Source: the human T2T-CHM13v2.0 reference genome, Homo sapiens | Assembly (NCBI RefSeq): GCF_009914755.1 | Contig: NC_060930.1 | Reading direction: 5' to 3' (one strand) | Length of the DNA: 64,000 nucleotides | Shown here: piece after piece, positions 13,231-28,400 of the stretch | Layout: each line of letters opens with the position of its first letter | How positions within the stretch are numbered: the first letter of the stretch is position 1 | The notes under the pieces: generated by a model | Databases searched by the model: none | What the model was told of the DNA's origin: nothing | What the model saw: only the letters and a program-made list of their open reading frames with translations | Position numbers and translations under genes: made by a program

Positions 13231-14364
13231 TATGCCAAGTATATTTTTGGAACATCTCTCTAACGTTTTAAACTGGAAAGGCAATTAGTGTAAGTTTTAA
13301 TAATCCAGCATTCTAAAAAGAATTAAAAGGAGGGTATGGCATGAGCAGATTTAGTGGAACAATTTAATCTGTGTATGATTTCCTCTCTGTCATTTATAAG
13401 GTTACTGTACTAGGGACCAGTTCTCTGTATCTCCTTTTCCATTTGGCCCAGCCTTCAGTCTAGGAATATCATGGTATCCAATTGCCTTTTCAAGGTTAGT
13501 GCCCAAGCTTTAGGAAGAATCGGTAGATCAGAGAAAAGTTACCACATGCTGATTTCCTTTTTGAGTAGCTTACTTTCTTGTACATCTCCCAGTGCAGATA
13601 ATTCCAAAAGCTGCTTATCAGAGAAAGTAAGGGTCTGGCTTGCTCTAGGCTGTGTTTGCCATTGCCTTCATTCCTCCCTACTGAAAATTATGAAGTGCCA
13701 GAATTTCTTGTATTTACTTTCTGAAATGTCACACTACTCTTCGGAAGAAGCAATGCATCTTCCTTGATTTGTTTTAAAGTAAATTACTTCAAGTTCAAAG
13801 TAGACTGATTAGCCATGGCTCCTACACCATGTAGGCTCACTATTTTCATGTTCCTTTAGACATTTTAGCCTTTAATTACCAGGTAATTAAGAGCATTAGG
13901 TAGTCAAAGTGTTTAGGTATACCAGTGTTTAATACATTTATTTGTCTGGAAGTCATTGTCAACAGCTTCTTCTTCTCAAACATTAATTCTTATTAATTTT
14001 TAACTGCCTGGAGTCCTTTTTTTTGGCCTAGAATCGTTAATGGAGTTTTTACTCACTTGATTTCAGGTGTACTGTGCTTTCAGCTAAAAATTGATATAGG
14101 TATTTCCAAATGTTTCATCGTTACCTGTCTTCTCTTTTCATCTATATTTTCTATATCCAATTTCATCTAGTCTTATGGCTTCAATTCTCTCTACTTTGTG
14201 GATGGCTCTCAGATCTCACTCTCTACTTTTGTACTTCCCATAAGCTCTGGTTTACCCATGCAGATGATTTCCTGCTCCTGCTTGAATATTCTGGTAATGC
14301 CTTTAGTCAAAGCAATATGCCCAATACTGAGAGCATCATCTTCTACCTTCCCAAATGTCTCTAC

Positions 14365-15730
14365 CTGTTCATTCAGATGTTCATTTGTTCATTTATTCAT
14401 TGTTGTATTTATCAAATACCTCCTTTGTATCAGGTCCTTTTGCTGGGGGTAATCAGTGAAAGAGGTAGATAAGGTGATTCTCCCGCAGAAGTTTGCACAC
14501 AATTAAGAGACACACATGCATATAAGTAAGCAGACAAATACCATGCAACATGATAAGGCCAAGATATAATGAGTTTGGGACAGGATGAAAGAACAAAATG
14601 GGGAACCTAGTCTTAACTTGGGTGTCAGAAAAATTTCTTAAAAGGAGTAATGTCTAAGTTGAGCACTAAAGCTTGAATGGTAATTAGCCATGTAAAGGGG
14701 AGAAGGAGAGAACAGTAGTGTGGGTGTAAGAACAAACATGGCACACAAATAAGTCTAGAAACAGAAAATTGTTCATGACAGCTAAAGTGAAGGGAGTATG
14801 GAGTAGTGAGTTTTGAGAGTGAAAGGGCTCACCAGCCAAATCCATAAGGGTTCTATATGTTGTGTTATAGAATTTGGACTTTATCCTGAGAGACAGAGAA
14901 AGTACTGGAAGGTTATAAGGACAGGAATCACATGATCAATTTGATTTTTAGAAAGATCATTCTGACTGCAGTGTGGAGGTCGTATTGAAAGGCCAAAGGC
15001 AGGTGAAAGATCAATCAGAATGAGAGATCTTAAATGAAAGATAATAAAACATTTCATTGGAGTGGTGATATTAGAAATAGAGAAAAGTTAAATAGGGAAA
15101 GAAATAGAGAAAAGTTAAATATATTTTGAAAGATTTGTATTTTCTCTGAGGGGAAAAAAGAGGCCAAAAATTATGGCTTGATCTATAAGATCTATAATGA
15201 TGTCTTGATCTATAAGATGTATAAGGATACTTTCCACTGAGATATGGACCAGAAGAGCACAAAGTGGTTATTGAAGGCATGAAAATGAAAAGAGACTTCC
15301 AACAGTGAGTATGTGTCATATGAGAGAGCGCCTAGACAGAAGAGAGTCTATTTAAGATCTAGACCAAGAAAGAGAAGTCTACAGGGGAATTGTGGAGTTT
15401 AAGAAAAGTAAGAGAAATAATATTAGGACCCAATATAATATGTTTAGAACATGTGGGTGTGCACAGAGGATTGAGTGCAGTAAGCGCTTTACATGGATGC
15501 CTAATGTCAAATTGGAGAATGTGAGGTCAAGGAAACTAGAGGGAGAAAATGTTCAAGATGGATGGAGCTGAGTATAGAGCTGAATATAGCCAAGATATCA
15601 AGTATGGTATAGACTGAAAATATATTTAGTGCAAGGAAATCACTGGAGACTTTGTGAAAAGCAATTCCTGAGGAGTGCTGGGGGCAGTAACAATTGTACA
15701 GTAGGTTTGAGAAGTCAGAGAAGGTGAGAA
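14365..15730 (-). mobile_element. L2 remnant
   Basis: TCATTTGTTCATTTATTCA tail followed by a purine-rich L2 body (TTTGGACTTTATCCTGAG, TTTTAGAAAGATCATTCTGACTGC). Confidence 0.7.
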
Positions 15731-16970
15731 AATGTTTCCCATGCCTTGCCAGCAACTCCATTAGCCTATATATCTAGAATGAACAATATAGAGTCACCTT
15801 TGATTCTTTTCTCTCATTTGTCTTCTGCTGCTCATTCTAATTGCACAATAACTCTTGGTTCTCTCTGGCTTCTCCTTGCCATTACCTCCAAAAGAGCCAC
15901 TCTTGTTCAATCCTGCTTTGATACTTTCACACTACTACTCCATTCTTGTTTATAGAAAATATTCCATAATTAGTTATTATTTAATACCCAGTATAAATAG
16001 TACTTGTGTGAGTAACCGCCCCCTCCAAATAACTTTTCTCTGAACTCTTACAACACTTCATTGGAACCCTTTTAAATAACACTCATGACTTTTTGCTTTG
16101 AGTGAAGCCATCTACATGCATGTCTTATCCCCCTTCATAGACTGTTAACTTCATGAGGGAAGAAGTCTTATATTTTTATATTGTACATATATCCTAAAAC
16201 AGATAATCTAAGTACATATTTTGGTTCTGCACAATTTTGGCCTATTGGACCTTGAGCAAGTCTTATCTAGGTCCTCTGAATATTTTTCCTTCCAAAATGT
16301 GATAATTTTCTATGCTGCCTACTTAATATTAAAGATTGTTTTCAGAATTTATAAGAGTAATGTAATTGAAAATGTTTTGAGAGTGATAAAATATAAAAGA
16401 AACTATTTTTATATTTTTACTATGATTGCAGGAGTTAGTAGTAGTACTGTTATGATTATTATGTACTGAGAATTGCCACTCTATTTAGACATGCAGCAAT
16501 TCAGCCAATCAATACTTTAAAGGTTAATTTCTTCAATTTAGAGCATAACACCTACAGTGAAGTCTGCCATTTATTTTGATGAATAATTCATGGAACACAT
16601 ATTTTACTTAGAGATTGTTTCTTTCCCTAGGTGTTTATACTAGGAAATATAGCAACTGAATTTGATCAAGTGCTTGAGCCTAATTGATCAATTAATTTTT
16701 TTTTTACCTTTTAAAGTGCAATATTAATGTGTGCTTGTCGTACAAATACAAACCATTCTTAAAAGTATATATAAAAACTGAAACCCACTTTCTATGAAAA
16801 ACACTGTTAAAGTGTTTGGTATGTTTATTTCTAAAAATTTAGACACATATACATTTGTTTTTTGTTGTTGATGTTCTCTCTCTCTCTCTCCTCATTCCTG
16901 TATGTATACATATTTGTATATGCCTATATATTTACATAAGATAATTTATATTAAACGTACTTACAGATAC

Positions 16971-17543
16971 TGGGGTAGGTGGAATAATGGGCCCCCAAAT
17001 ATGTACACATCCTATTGCCCAAAACCTGTGACTATGTTACTTTACATGACAAGGGAGCTTTGCACATGTGGTTGAGGTTAAAGATTTTGAGATGGGTTGG
17101 TTATCCTGGATTATTCAGTTGGACACAATATAATCTGATATCCTTAAATGTGAAAGAGGAAAGCAGATGAGTGGGTCGGATAAATGTGATATGAGAAGAA
17201 TTGGATCTGACATTGCTGGCTTTGACAATGGAGGCATAGAGCCATGAGCCAGATAACATGGAGGCCCCTAGGAACTGGAAACTGCCTTCAATATATAGCC
17301 AGCAAGAAAACATATACCTCAGTTATACAACTGAAATCTGCCAAAAAAAATAATTGAACAAGCAAGGAAACAATCTCCCCAAGAACCTCCAGTAAGCAAG
17401 GCAACCCTGATGACACCTTGATTTTAGCATAGAGAGACCCATGTCTGACTTCTGACCTACAGAACTGTGAGATAATAAATTTGCATTGCTTAAGCCACTT
17501 AACTTGTGGTAATTTATTATGCCAACCATATAAAATTGATACA
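16971..17543 (+). mobile_element. MLT1D/E-type MaLR solo LTR
   Basis: TG..GAATAATGGGCCCCCAAA...GACTTCTGACCTACAGAACTGTGAGATAATAAATTTG...ACA; TSD GATAC/GATAT. Confidence 0.85.
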
Positions 17544-18590
17544 GATATATCTTTACATAGCTATCTACATAATTTTGCAAATTCATTCTTCTTAAAAACT
17601 ATATATGGACATCTTTTCATGTCATTTACAAAGAGAGATCACTGTGTGCAGTTTTTTCTCATTATGGGTATAATTTTGTAGGAAAAATAGCTAAATATAG
17701 AATAGCTCACTCAAAGAGTAGTGCAGCCAAATTTCCCTTCAAGAAGGTTCTACCAATTAGTATTCCCACCAATAAAATGTGAGAGTATACATATTCCACA
17801 TCCTGGCTACAACTGGATATTATCAGTCATCTTAATGCCATGGCCTTTGTCCTTTCAGGACTCAAAACTACTTTTATAGATATTGAGTACCTTTATTTCT
17901 TCTTTTTATGACTCTCCCATGTATTCTAATGAGACATTAGAGATCTACACAGGATTTTATAAGACTGTCCTCTTGCCCTAGTAGATTTTCTTACTAAGAT
18001 GAATTGGCAATATAAAAGTTACTAATTCAGAAAATATTTAAGGACAATTTTTAATAAAAAGGTCCATACTCCTAGGTCTCAAAGATTTGTGCTTAAACTC
18101 AACTGACTAGGCAGCTAACTCTACACGTTCAAATGGACACTTCCTGCACCACGGTAGATAAAGTTACCTACACTTACCTCAAGTTCAAATTCACTCCTCA
18201 GTCTGTTGCTACCATGATCACCTCTTCCACTCCATGTTCTGAGAGTACTAGTTTCTAAGCGACCTAAATGAAAACAGAAAGGTGTCTTGGGATAATTTAT
18301 GAACACCTAATAGCTAATATGCACTGAGATAAGCTAAGTCTCCAATCAAGTCTTAGAAAAGTCTTTCATGGAGAATATACTTAAAATTATTCTTGCTTAT
18401 CAAGTGTTCCCAAATTCCTCCTAGATCTTCCTTTAGTTTTTAAACTACAAAATATTTTTAATTTGCTAAAACTATAAAATGCATATACCCACCACTCAGG
18501 TAAAATTTAGCCCTATTTGCCTGAGATACAAAGTTATTTTGTTTCCCTGAATATTTTTTAGTTACCTCTTGTAAAACTTTGTATGCCTAA

Positions 18591-19034
<444 letters not shown>

Positions 19035-22000
19035 AGTTTTCCTATTCTTGAGTGTGCTTTCATCATTTATACATTTTTAAAAAATTAACATCTAAGTTTT
19101 CAAATGTTCTGGCATTTATTCTTAGAATTCTCTGATGACTTTTTAAAAGCTTACAGTACTTTTATTACTCCTTTTCCATTCCTGATATTATTTGTTCCTT
19201 TTCTCTTTTTGCCCTCCCCCTCATTTCTGTTGGAGGCCTATTTATTTTTAATAGTTTATTTTTTTAAAGACTCTGGTATCTTTATTTTCTATTTTATTAC
19301 TTTCTCCTGTTATCACTATTTCTCCCTTTTTTTGACTTTTTGGGTTTACATTAATGCTCATATTTTAACATGAAGCCCTTTTAAAATAATTCTTTTCTAA
19401 ATATAATCTCTACTTTTAGTTCTTTTTTAATCCATGAATCATTGGTCTGTGTCATTTCATTCCTATACCTGATGAATGGCTACTGTTTTGTTATTGTTTT
19501 TTAATTTCATTAAATATTTGTCAAAGAATACAGTTTATATGTTGTTATTTGGTATTTCCTGAAACAATCTTTAGTGGCCTAGAATGTGCTAAAGTTTTGT
19601 ACATACTAATGTTTTCTTAAAATAAAGTGAATTATTTTTTCAGGTACAAGATGATATGTAAGTACAATAAATAAATTCCCTTAAGTGCTTCGTTGAAATA
19701 ATCTATATTCTAATAGTTTTATACTTTACCTATTATTTCTGGTAGAAGCATGTTACCAATCTCAATATGATTATTAACTTTGCAAGTTCTCTTTGTAATT
19801 CGGTCCAGTTTTTAAAAAATCCTTATGATGCAAGAATAAGTTGTCTCATTTCCTTGGCTGAATATTACAGTTTCAGAAGTTAGGAAAGAGTCTTTCATCC
19901 ACGACTAATCTTCTCCACCAAGTCACTGGCTTCAAATTTTCTACTTGTTCTTGACACTTAGAATTTTTTTCTCTCTCATTTTTTCTCTCTCTCCCTCTCA
20001 GGCTACATAGTAAAACCAAATATTTTAAAATTACACCTGATTTAGCATTTCTTTGTGTGGGAGAGAGGCTGTGTAGCCACATTAGTTAGTTCACCCAGAA
20101 TTGTGTTCATCAGAAATTTTCCCCGTAAAATTTACAGTAGGGTTGATATGAAGAATCAGTGCCTTTTCTTTCCTCCTGACTGGGCATACCAGGTTGCACT
20201 GACAATATTTTCTAAAATAGATTGTATTCTGTACCAGCAACTCGTTTCTTTATTCTATTCTGGCTGTCACACTTAAAGATATTATCAAGATGTTTTGCAA
20301 AGTTGCAGAGAAGTTTTAAAGGGGTCAAAATGTTCTGAAAGAAAGTTAGAAACATATTCATTTATTTATTTTTGTTGTAGAAGAGGTATTACGGTATTTT
20401 GTAAAGCTCAATAAAGAGAGCTAGGAAACCTGTATGGAAGAAATAAGGAAATTCATTTAGAATTATTTTGATAAAAACTTTGCAGCAATTTGTCCTGACT
20501 TTGTGAGAATCAGTCACCTATTCTTGGCTGTTCAATGTATGGCTACCACCTGTTTGGAATGTTGTAGAAGAGATTGTTCTACTAAGTAAAATAAACAGTG
20601 TCCAGCTCAAACTTAATGTCTCTTAATAGTCTAAAATTCTATGAGTTGCCAAAATCCAACAATGTTCCAGCAGACGTAAGACTGTGGAAATTAGACAGGA
20701 AGTTAATAAGTAGCCTAAGCCAGGTACCGCCGGGCAGTAAGTGTTTTGGAGCTACATATTAGAATATAGGGAATACCACTGAGCTGCCCACAGTAAGAGC
20801 TTGAGGGAAAATAAATCTCACGTCTAGATGCAAAAATGCCACAGGAACAACAAGGAAGATGAGTTATCCGGGGAGCTTGAACATATGCAGAAGGAAATCA
20901 CAATTGAAGGGGAAAAAATTAAGAGAAGCCAAAATATTTTGTTCCTTGGTAAATAAACCCAGAATAAAATTTCCTTATCTTGTGTTTTAATGAAATATCA
21001 TTGATATTCACTTGAAAAATATTTTATACTCAGTATTTTCACATTCTTTTGATCTTTATTCCTATACTTTTCATGATCAAGTTATACAAATTGTAAAAAA
21101 AGTCAATGTTGTGGAATAAAGATACACTGTATCTCATAACAAATTCCATACCCACAAAAGCAGTGCAAATGTATGTATGTATGTATGAAATTTGTATTAT
21201 GTATTTTTAGCACGTATTTTTGGGAGCACATTATCTTTTTCTATGAATCATAAAATACTACAGATAGCACATATATAGAATACATATAAAATTATATATA
21301 AATACATATAGATTATATGAATACATATATTTATATAAAAATAATTTATATTATATACATATTTATATATATAAATATTTGCTGTAAAATTATAAATGGT
21401 AACTTGATAAGCTTTGCTTTTATTGTTGCATATTTTTATTTTAACAGATGAGTAGACATCACACTCAGGGAATTTATTTTGAAAGAAGAACAACAAAATG
21501 TTACCACCAAATTATCATACATATGTATAAACACACACACACACACACACTCCCACACACATACTCTTACACTGTGTTTCCTTCATTCCTTATTCAGTCA
21601 ATAAAGCATGAATTTCTGGCCACTAGATACATTCAACTAAATATTTCTGAAGTCTTGCTATGTGGAAAGCATTGTGATAGATGCTGTAAATAGATGAATG
21701 CAGAAAAGACTGCCTTGCAGGGGCACAAACTCTTTTGAGATATAGACATATACAAAAATAATTAAAGTAATCCAAACAGTGGTAAGCAGATAATCAATAT
21801 AAACCACACACTGTATATCTCTGTGTTTCTTGGTAGACGGCAAACTCCTAGGAGGTAGAGATTTGTGATGAATATATGTTTTCTGAAAGTAGGCACCCCT
21901 CAACATTGTGAATAAAAGCATAATCAAATAAAACCAATTATTATGAAGCTAACATATTTGCCCATCTCAACAAACCAAAACAAAAACAACCAGAATAAAA

Positions 22001-22180
22001 ATTGGTAAATAACAACTCAGTTTATATTAATGCAATTAGCTTTTACTTTGCAGATACATTTAAAGAATGATGTTTCTCTCACATTCAAAGAAACAATCTG
22101 GGCATCTTATAATTAATGTAATATTTATTGAATCCCTACTGTTCATTGATTTATTTATTCAACACATATTTGTTGAAAAC

Positions 22181-22654
22181 TGTATTAGTTTCCTGTGGCT
22201 GCTAGAACAAATTACCAGAAACTTGGTAGCTTAAAAAGCATACATTTATTCTCCTGCAGTTCAGGAGGTCAGAAGTCTGAAGTCAGTTTCACTGGGCTGA
22301 AATTGAGGTATTATTATGGTCACTCTCCCTTCTGAAGGTTTTTCTTGCCTTTTCTGGCTTTTAGAGCTTGAATGAAATGCTTGCGTTCCTTTACTTTTGG
22401 TCCCTAGTCTGATCTTCAAAGCCAGCAGCCTAGCATTTTGTTTCAGTAGTCCCATTGCCGCCTTCTTTGTCAAATCTCCCTTTGCCTCCCTGTTATAAAG
22501 ACATGTGTGACTATATTTAGGGTCCATCAAGACAACTCTCATCTCAAGATCCTTCCTCACACCTGCAAAGTCCCTTTTGCCATTTGAATTATTACTCACT
22601 GGTTCAGAGGATTAGGACCTCTGTATCTTTGGGAATTATTATCATCCTACTACA
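22181..22654 (-). mobile_element. MLT1B/C-type MaLR solo LTR inserted in an L2 tail
   Basis: TGTATTAGTTTCCTGTGGCTGC...CCTACTACA; flanks rejoin to L2 ATTCAACACATATTTGTTG/AGCACCTACTATGTG. Confidence 0.85.
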
Positions 22655-25600
22655 AGCACCTACTATGTGTTGGGAGTTGGAGCCCCAGCTCTGAATTAGA
22701 CTATCTCTGGAACTGCCTTCATGGAACCTGGCATTACAGGGTGTATAAAAGACGTACACAACACAGGCCTGCTATTTAATTGGGTTCTCTAACAGAAAAA
22801 TGTTTATCAGCGAGTAAGTGCATGTTTTTTTCTTTTTCTCTTTTAACAAGAGAAATTGCCAGCTACTTCTTAGAATACGCAGGCACAGAAAATCACCTTG
22901 TAGCTGATACTGTTGAGAATAATTACTGTGGTCTCTCTTATATAAATAGAAGACAAGTGAGCCCATCATTTTGAGAAATAACAAGGCATTTTTTTTTTCT
23001 TTTACTGACTTTTGCAAACTGCTTCTTTTTGCATGGCAGGAGAAGGTGGTACTATGGCAGGAGAAAGATTAGGTTGGTTTGGTTAAAGAATCCATAGCAT
23101 CCCACGAAGGAAGAAACTCAAACCTAATACCTTAGGAAATTCTCTGTGAAACCTGGAGTTTCAGTGATGCAACATTTGGGGAGTGGCTGATTGTAGTATG
23201 ACACTAATGCTCAATCATAAAACATAGGACTTCCTTCCTTCAACACACTGAGAGGCCCTATATCAACTGGTGGAGTCATTTCCGAACTCAGGAAGTGCTA
23301 CATCTCCCTGCTGGCTCTGGTTTCCACTAAAGACATGCATCTCCCTTAGCTGCCACCATGCCTGTTTGCAGAATAGGGTTTCCTTCAGGATAGGGTTTCC
23401 TTAAGGAGAAATGTTCCATATATAGTCAATCAATGCATTAGCATTTAACAGCACCATTCAACCAGAGGTGAACTTTCTGCCTTCTTTATTTGGGAAGGCA
23501 GAACGCTCTCCCATCTCTGTCACTCAGGAGGGCCATCACCTGGGCAAGTACTTGGATCAGAGAATGAGAAAAACTTTCACCAAAGGGGCTTGGCCTGTTT
23601 AGTTAGAAGTTACCTACACTGAGTTTAATTCTGGGTTATGTACATCAATTCTTAGAAGAGCCTTATCTAATGCATCAAGAAGTCACCCTAAAACCTGTGA
23701 CCACTACGAGGCCAGTGAATTTTAATCATGACCTACCAAGGCAAGTTTTTTCCTTGGTCTGATAATAGTTCGTGAATTTATGTGGGATAGAGTTAGAATG
23801 GATTCCTTGCTGTCAGGATGCTGGTAGGTACAGTGAAAGGATCAGAGCATTAGGGGAAACAATGAGTTTGGCTCTCTGAATTATCTACTGCTATAAATTG
23901 GTGGAAACTTTAGTGTTTTACTCATGGCACTATTGGAGTTACATTCTTTGCATCCCAAACTGTGTCAAGGAATACCTTAGTTACACCTTCACAGATACCA
24001 GATATGATAAAAAGAACAGAACAATTTAGTTAATTAAGAAATTATTGCTGTTTCATATTACTCCCTATAAATGTATAGGGATTAAAAGAATAAAACAGTA
24101 AGTATAAAATAGTAAGGGAGAAAGTAGACTTTATATGGACAGTGAAGCATACTGTGATGGATAATTGGACTATTGTTTGGGGATTTAGTTTATTTTATTT
24201 TGTTACTACTTAGAATCTAAAAATCCTTCAGGTTTTGGAAGAATAATGTATTCTGTGTTTTGTGCCCAATTTCCCATTAAAGCCAAAAGTTCTGGGCTCT
24301 ACTTCAAGGAGGCTAAGGAGGAAAAGACATACAGCCTAGAGTAAGCTAATCAAATGATCTCAATCCAAAATTTGAATCTTGAAGCAACGAGGTAAACAAC
24401 ACAGAGTTGAGAAGTCACTCATAGTGGTGTCAGCAGCTTTGAGATCAGTGCAGCCCTGAAAGCAGCAGTGCCCTAATCTGTACTGTTATATGAGGCTGTG
24501 TTCCCAATTTCCTAGCCCCTCTTGTTTCCTATCCATTGCCATTACCTAATGTACTAGCCTTCATCTTCATGCTAAATTCTGTAACTTTTTACATAGTCTA
24601 TTTGTTTTCAGGTTTGCCAGATTCAATTTCTATTGCTTACAAAATATATCTCTGATTAATGTAAGTGGAGAGGATATGGACAGAAATTGATTTCTCATCT
24701 TCAGTGACAGGAGTAATGAGCAAAGGTATAAATGGCATATGGCTAGGAAATACTAATGAAACTTCTAGGACAGGGAAAAATAGACATGAAATAATCAGGA
24801 GACAAACAATAGGGCCCATTGAAATAGAGGCAAGAAAAAGATGGTTGAAGGTGTAACTGCTTAGGTCTGGGAAATACAAAGAAGACTCTTCAATGCTGAT
24901 GCCAAAAGATAAGATAAATGGCTGCCGCTTTTCTAGTAGCAAGATAGGATTAACCTGAAGGATCTTGTGGGGTGGGGACTATGATTTTAATAAATGCTAA
25001 TTAGGATAAACCAAAGGCTACTATTAGTTTATTGTGTTAGAATCTTTCCATACAAGAATTTGACAAAAAAGAAAAAAAAATGGGGGATTTTTTTTTTCTC
25101 CATTCTTCCTTCTTTGGATCATTTTTGTCTTTGGACTCTCAGTGACTGATTACCCCTGATGCAACACATTTAAAATGTCTATTTACTACACAAATGAATT
25201 TATATGCAGCTCTTTTTCTTTCCAAGAAACCATCTATTAGATAAATGGCATATTCTTCTGGTGCTGTATTTTTAATTAAAAAATACATAAATATGGGCTC
25301 ACATTAAAAAAGAAAACAGCACTACAGAGAGTAAAAAAGAAAATTCTCCTTCATTCCCCTTCTGTTACATCCCTATAGGTAACAATGCATATATCCTTTC
25401 AGATATTTTTATATATCATACATGCACATATATATTTAAAATTTATATTAATATAATGTGAATTTCTCTTGTAAGTATTAACATACTAATCACTTGCTCA
25501 TTTATCTTGGAGACCTTTCCCATCAGTGCTTATTAATTTACTAAATTCTACATTGTTTACATTCAGGAAATTATTGAACTAATTAAATCTATATGTATAT

Positions 25601-26049
25601 ATGAGAGATAAAAAAATTGGATGTGGCAGTTATTATGGCCATCCCATATTTGAAAACAAAATCAAGATTCAGAATGTAATAACATTCTATATGTGATAAT
25701 TACAACAAAACATTGCTGACTTTCCAGTGATGTCAAGTAAAAAAAAAAAATTCTACATAAAAACACTGTGAAAAAAAGTGATGTGAAAGAAAAAAAGAAT
25801 ATTAACAACATTATTTCTATCATTGCCATCTCAACATTCCCTGACAATAGCAGGGGATAGGTAGAGCAGTCAGAGTTACAAGATGAGGCACTAGCAGCAA
25901 TTCTAATCCAGTTTATAAACACCATTGTGCAATGAATAGAGTGTGATGCAATGAGAATCTACTTGCCTAATTTATTTACACTGGCAGTCATAAAGTACCC
26001 AGTTTTTAAGCAAGTGAGCATGCATTAACATATTTATAAAATAAAATCC

Positions 26050-27700
26050 TCTCCCTCTCATTTGACATCAGAAAATGTATTAATCATTCCCATAAATATA
26101 TTAGAATAGGAAACAATGATTATCTCAATAGGTGCAGAAAAAGCATTTAATCAATTAAACTGTCACTCATGGTTAAAAAAAAGCAAACAACAATACATTA
26201 TGAACTGGAAACAGAACACTTAATAATCTTGATAAAGTATTTACCAAAAACCCACAGCAAACATTGTTATCATTATAAAATGTTAGCAGTATTGCAGTAA
26301 AGTGAGGAATGGGACAAGAATGCCATTATTACTTCCATTAAACATTGCACTGGATGCTCTGTTAATAAATAAAAGAAAAAACTGAATAATAAGTGGTTTG
26401 AAAAGAGAGAAAGAAGGAAACCATTATTCTTATTTACAAATGATATGATTACCTATATAGGTCATCCAAAGATGTAACAGGGAAATAAAGCAAGCAATCA
26501 AAAAAATTCAGCAAAGCTTCTGGAGATAGTACCAATATATTGAAATTGATGCTCTTTTAATACAATGTTACTAAACAATTAGAAAATAGAGTTTAAAGAG
26601 AGAGATCTCTAATTTTAGTAATAAAACTAGGAGGCAATATAATGAAAGATACTCAATAAATTACAAAGCATAGTAGCACATAAAGTACCTGAATAAAATA
26701 AATATACCATGTTCATAGATAAGAAGACATTTCACTAAATCTCTAAATGCAATTCTCAAGTTGAATAAAATGCCCAATTGAAATCCAATTTTTTAAATGG
26801 ATCTTGGCTGGCTCATCCTAAAATTTCAATGAAAGAGTAAAGAGCCAAGTATGGTTAAGGCAATTTTAGACAAGAATCATTAGGAGGAGGGGTTTGCAAA
26901 ATGTTTTAATACATAGAGTTGAGTGCATGGGTGTTCATTATATTATTATTTGTCCTTTCTGTGTTTAAAGTTGCTACAATTAAACTTTTAAACTTGTAGA
27001 AGAAAGAATAGTTTCTGATGTTATGTTGGGAAGAATCTTGTAAGCAAGAAAGCAAAAAGCACAAAATTAAAATGTAAAATATTATTAAATTCAAAAAGCT
27101 GTATACTGAAGCATAAAGCTTTTGGCAATCAAGAAACATCATAAAAACTGGAAAGACAGTCCATAAACTAAGAGAAGACATTTGCAACACATGTAACTTA
27201 CAAGAGAGAATTAAACTAGAAAAAATAAATATTATCTACAAAATAATTTTCAAAAGCAAGCAATTTAATAAAAAATGAGATAAAATTAAGAACAGGCTTT
27301 AGCAAAAGGGAAAATGCAAATTAAAAGAGCAATCAGATGCTCTTATCAGCAAAAACTTAAAAAGTCTAACAATAGCATAAGGGTAACGATGTGCCAGTCT
27401 AGTTTATGGGAAATGGACTTGTATACAGACGAATCTCAAAACCTCTCAAAACCTAAATTAGTGAAAAAAGGGGAAAAATGAAGAATGATTCACATATGAA
27501 ATATAAAACTAGGAAAATAGTATTTTTAGGGAATCGTACATATGTAACTATTTTCAGAAATACAACGGAATGAGTAATATAAAATTCAGCATAATGGTGA
27601 ACGGAAGGAAGGAGATGTTTTTAGAGAGTCTTCTTTCTAGAAGACTCCAAAAATACTGGCATTTTTTTTTTCTTAAGCTCTGTAGTGGGTACCTGGGCAT
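26050..27700 (+). mobile_element. Ancient L1M ORF2/3' remnants
   Basis: A-rich; TATCTCAATAGGTGCAGAAAAAGCATTT, ACAAATGATATGATT and ATACCATGTTCATAGAT resemble L1 ORF2. Confidence 0.7.
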
Positions 27701-28042
27701 TTTTCATTCTTCTTTAAGATATGCACATGAGATATACTCATATGTATATTTCCCAATTAAAATTGGTGTACAAAATCTTTTTAAGGAGAGCCCTTATGAA
27801 ACTGTTCACATCAGCAAGTTCTAGCTTGAATAAGGACTTCCTGTTACTATGTAACCAAACAAAAGATAGCATTTTCTTGTTTTCTGAAGCTAATGTAAGA
27901 TGGAAACCTTCAGTTGTAATCCTATTTCAAAAGTTCTTGCTCTTCACATCTGACTTATCCTCAATTATTTCTAGTACTTCAGTACAGATGTGATTTTATA
28001 GAATACATTCGCAAATTAAAAACGCCATCTCCATCTGCCTAC

Positions 28043-28400
28043 CTTGGGCTTCCAAGTAAAGTTCTATTTTTACAAAAATCAAAACAGTTCCTCAACTTTA
28101 AAAGTTTGAAAACCAGTGTACTTGTAAAGCACTTGATGCAAGCAACTTCTGAATGTTTCACATAAAAACAAACAAAAATGTGTCCTCTGTAATACAGTTA
28201 GAGCCTCCCAACAGAGCCTCAGAAGACCGTTTCTAAAGGCAGTGAGTTCTACTTGCAGAAATAGGGCGGGAGTGCAGTCTGACTCCAATCCACACGTCCT
28301 TCCCCTCTGACAGAACGCCCCAAAACGCAGTCCTCTCTTTCTTCCGCGCCGCTCCCGCCCTAGTCCTCTTAGACCCGCGACCGGAGGCTCCGGAAGACCC
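28043..28400 (-). ncRNA. Candidate first exon of the divergent lncRNA (MANEA-DT / MANEA-AS1)
   Basis: Minus-strand donor AAG|GTAGGC (GT at 28042-28041) just outside the CpG island. The lncRNA is recalled from annotation; its exons are not derivable here. Confidence 0.35.

Noticed and set aside
15073-15224. Repeat-spacer-like pattern as a CRISPR array
   Set aside because: Only two copies of each unit, ~5-6 nt spacers, human DNA, no cas genes.
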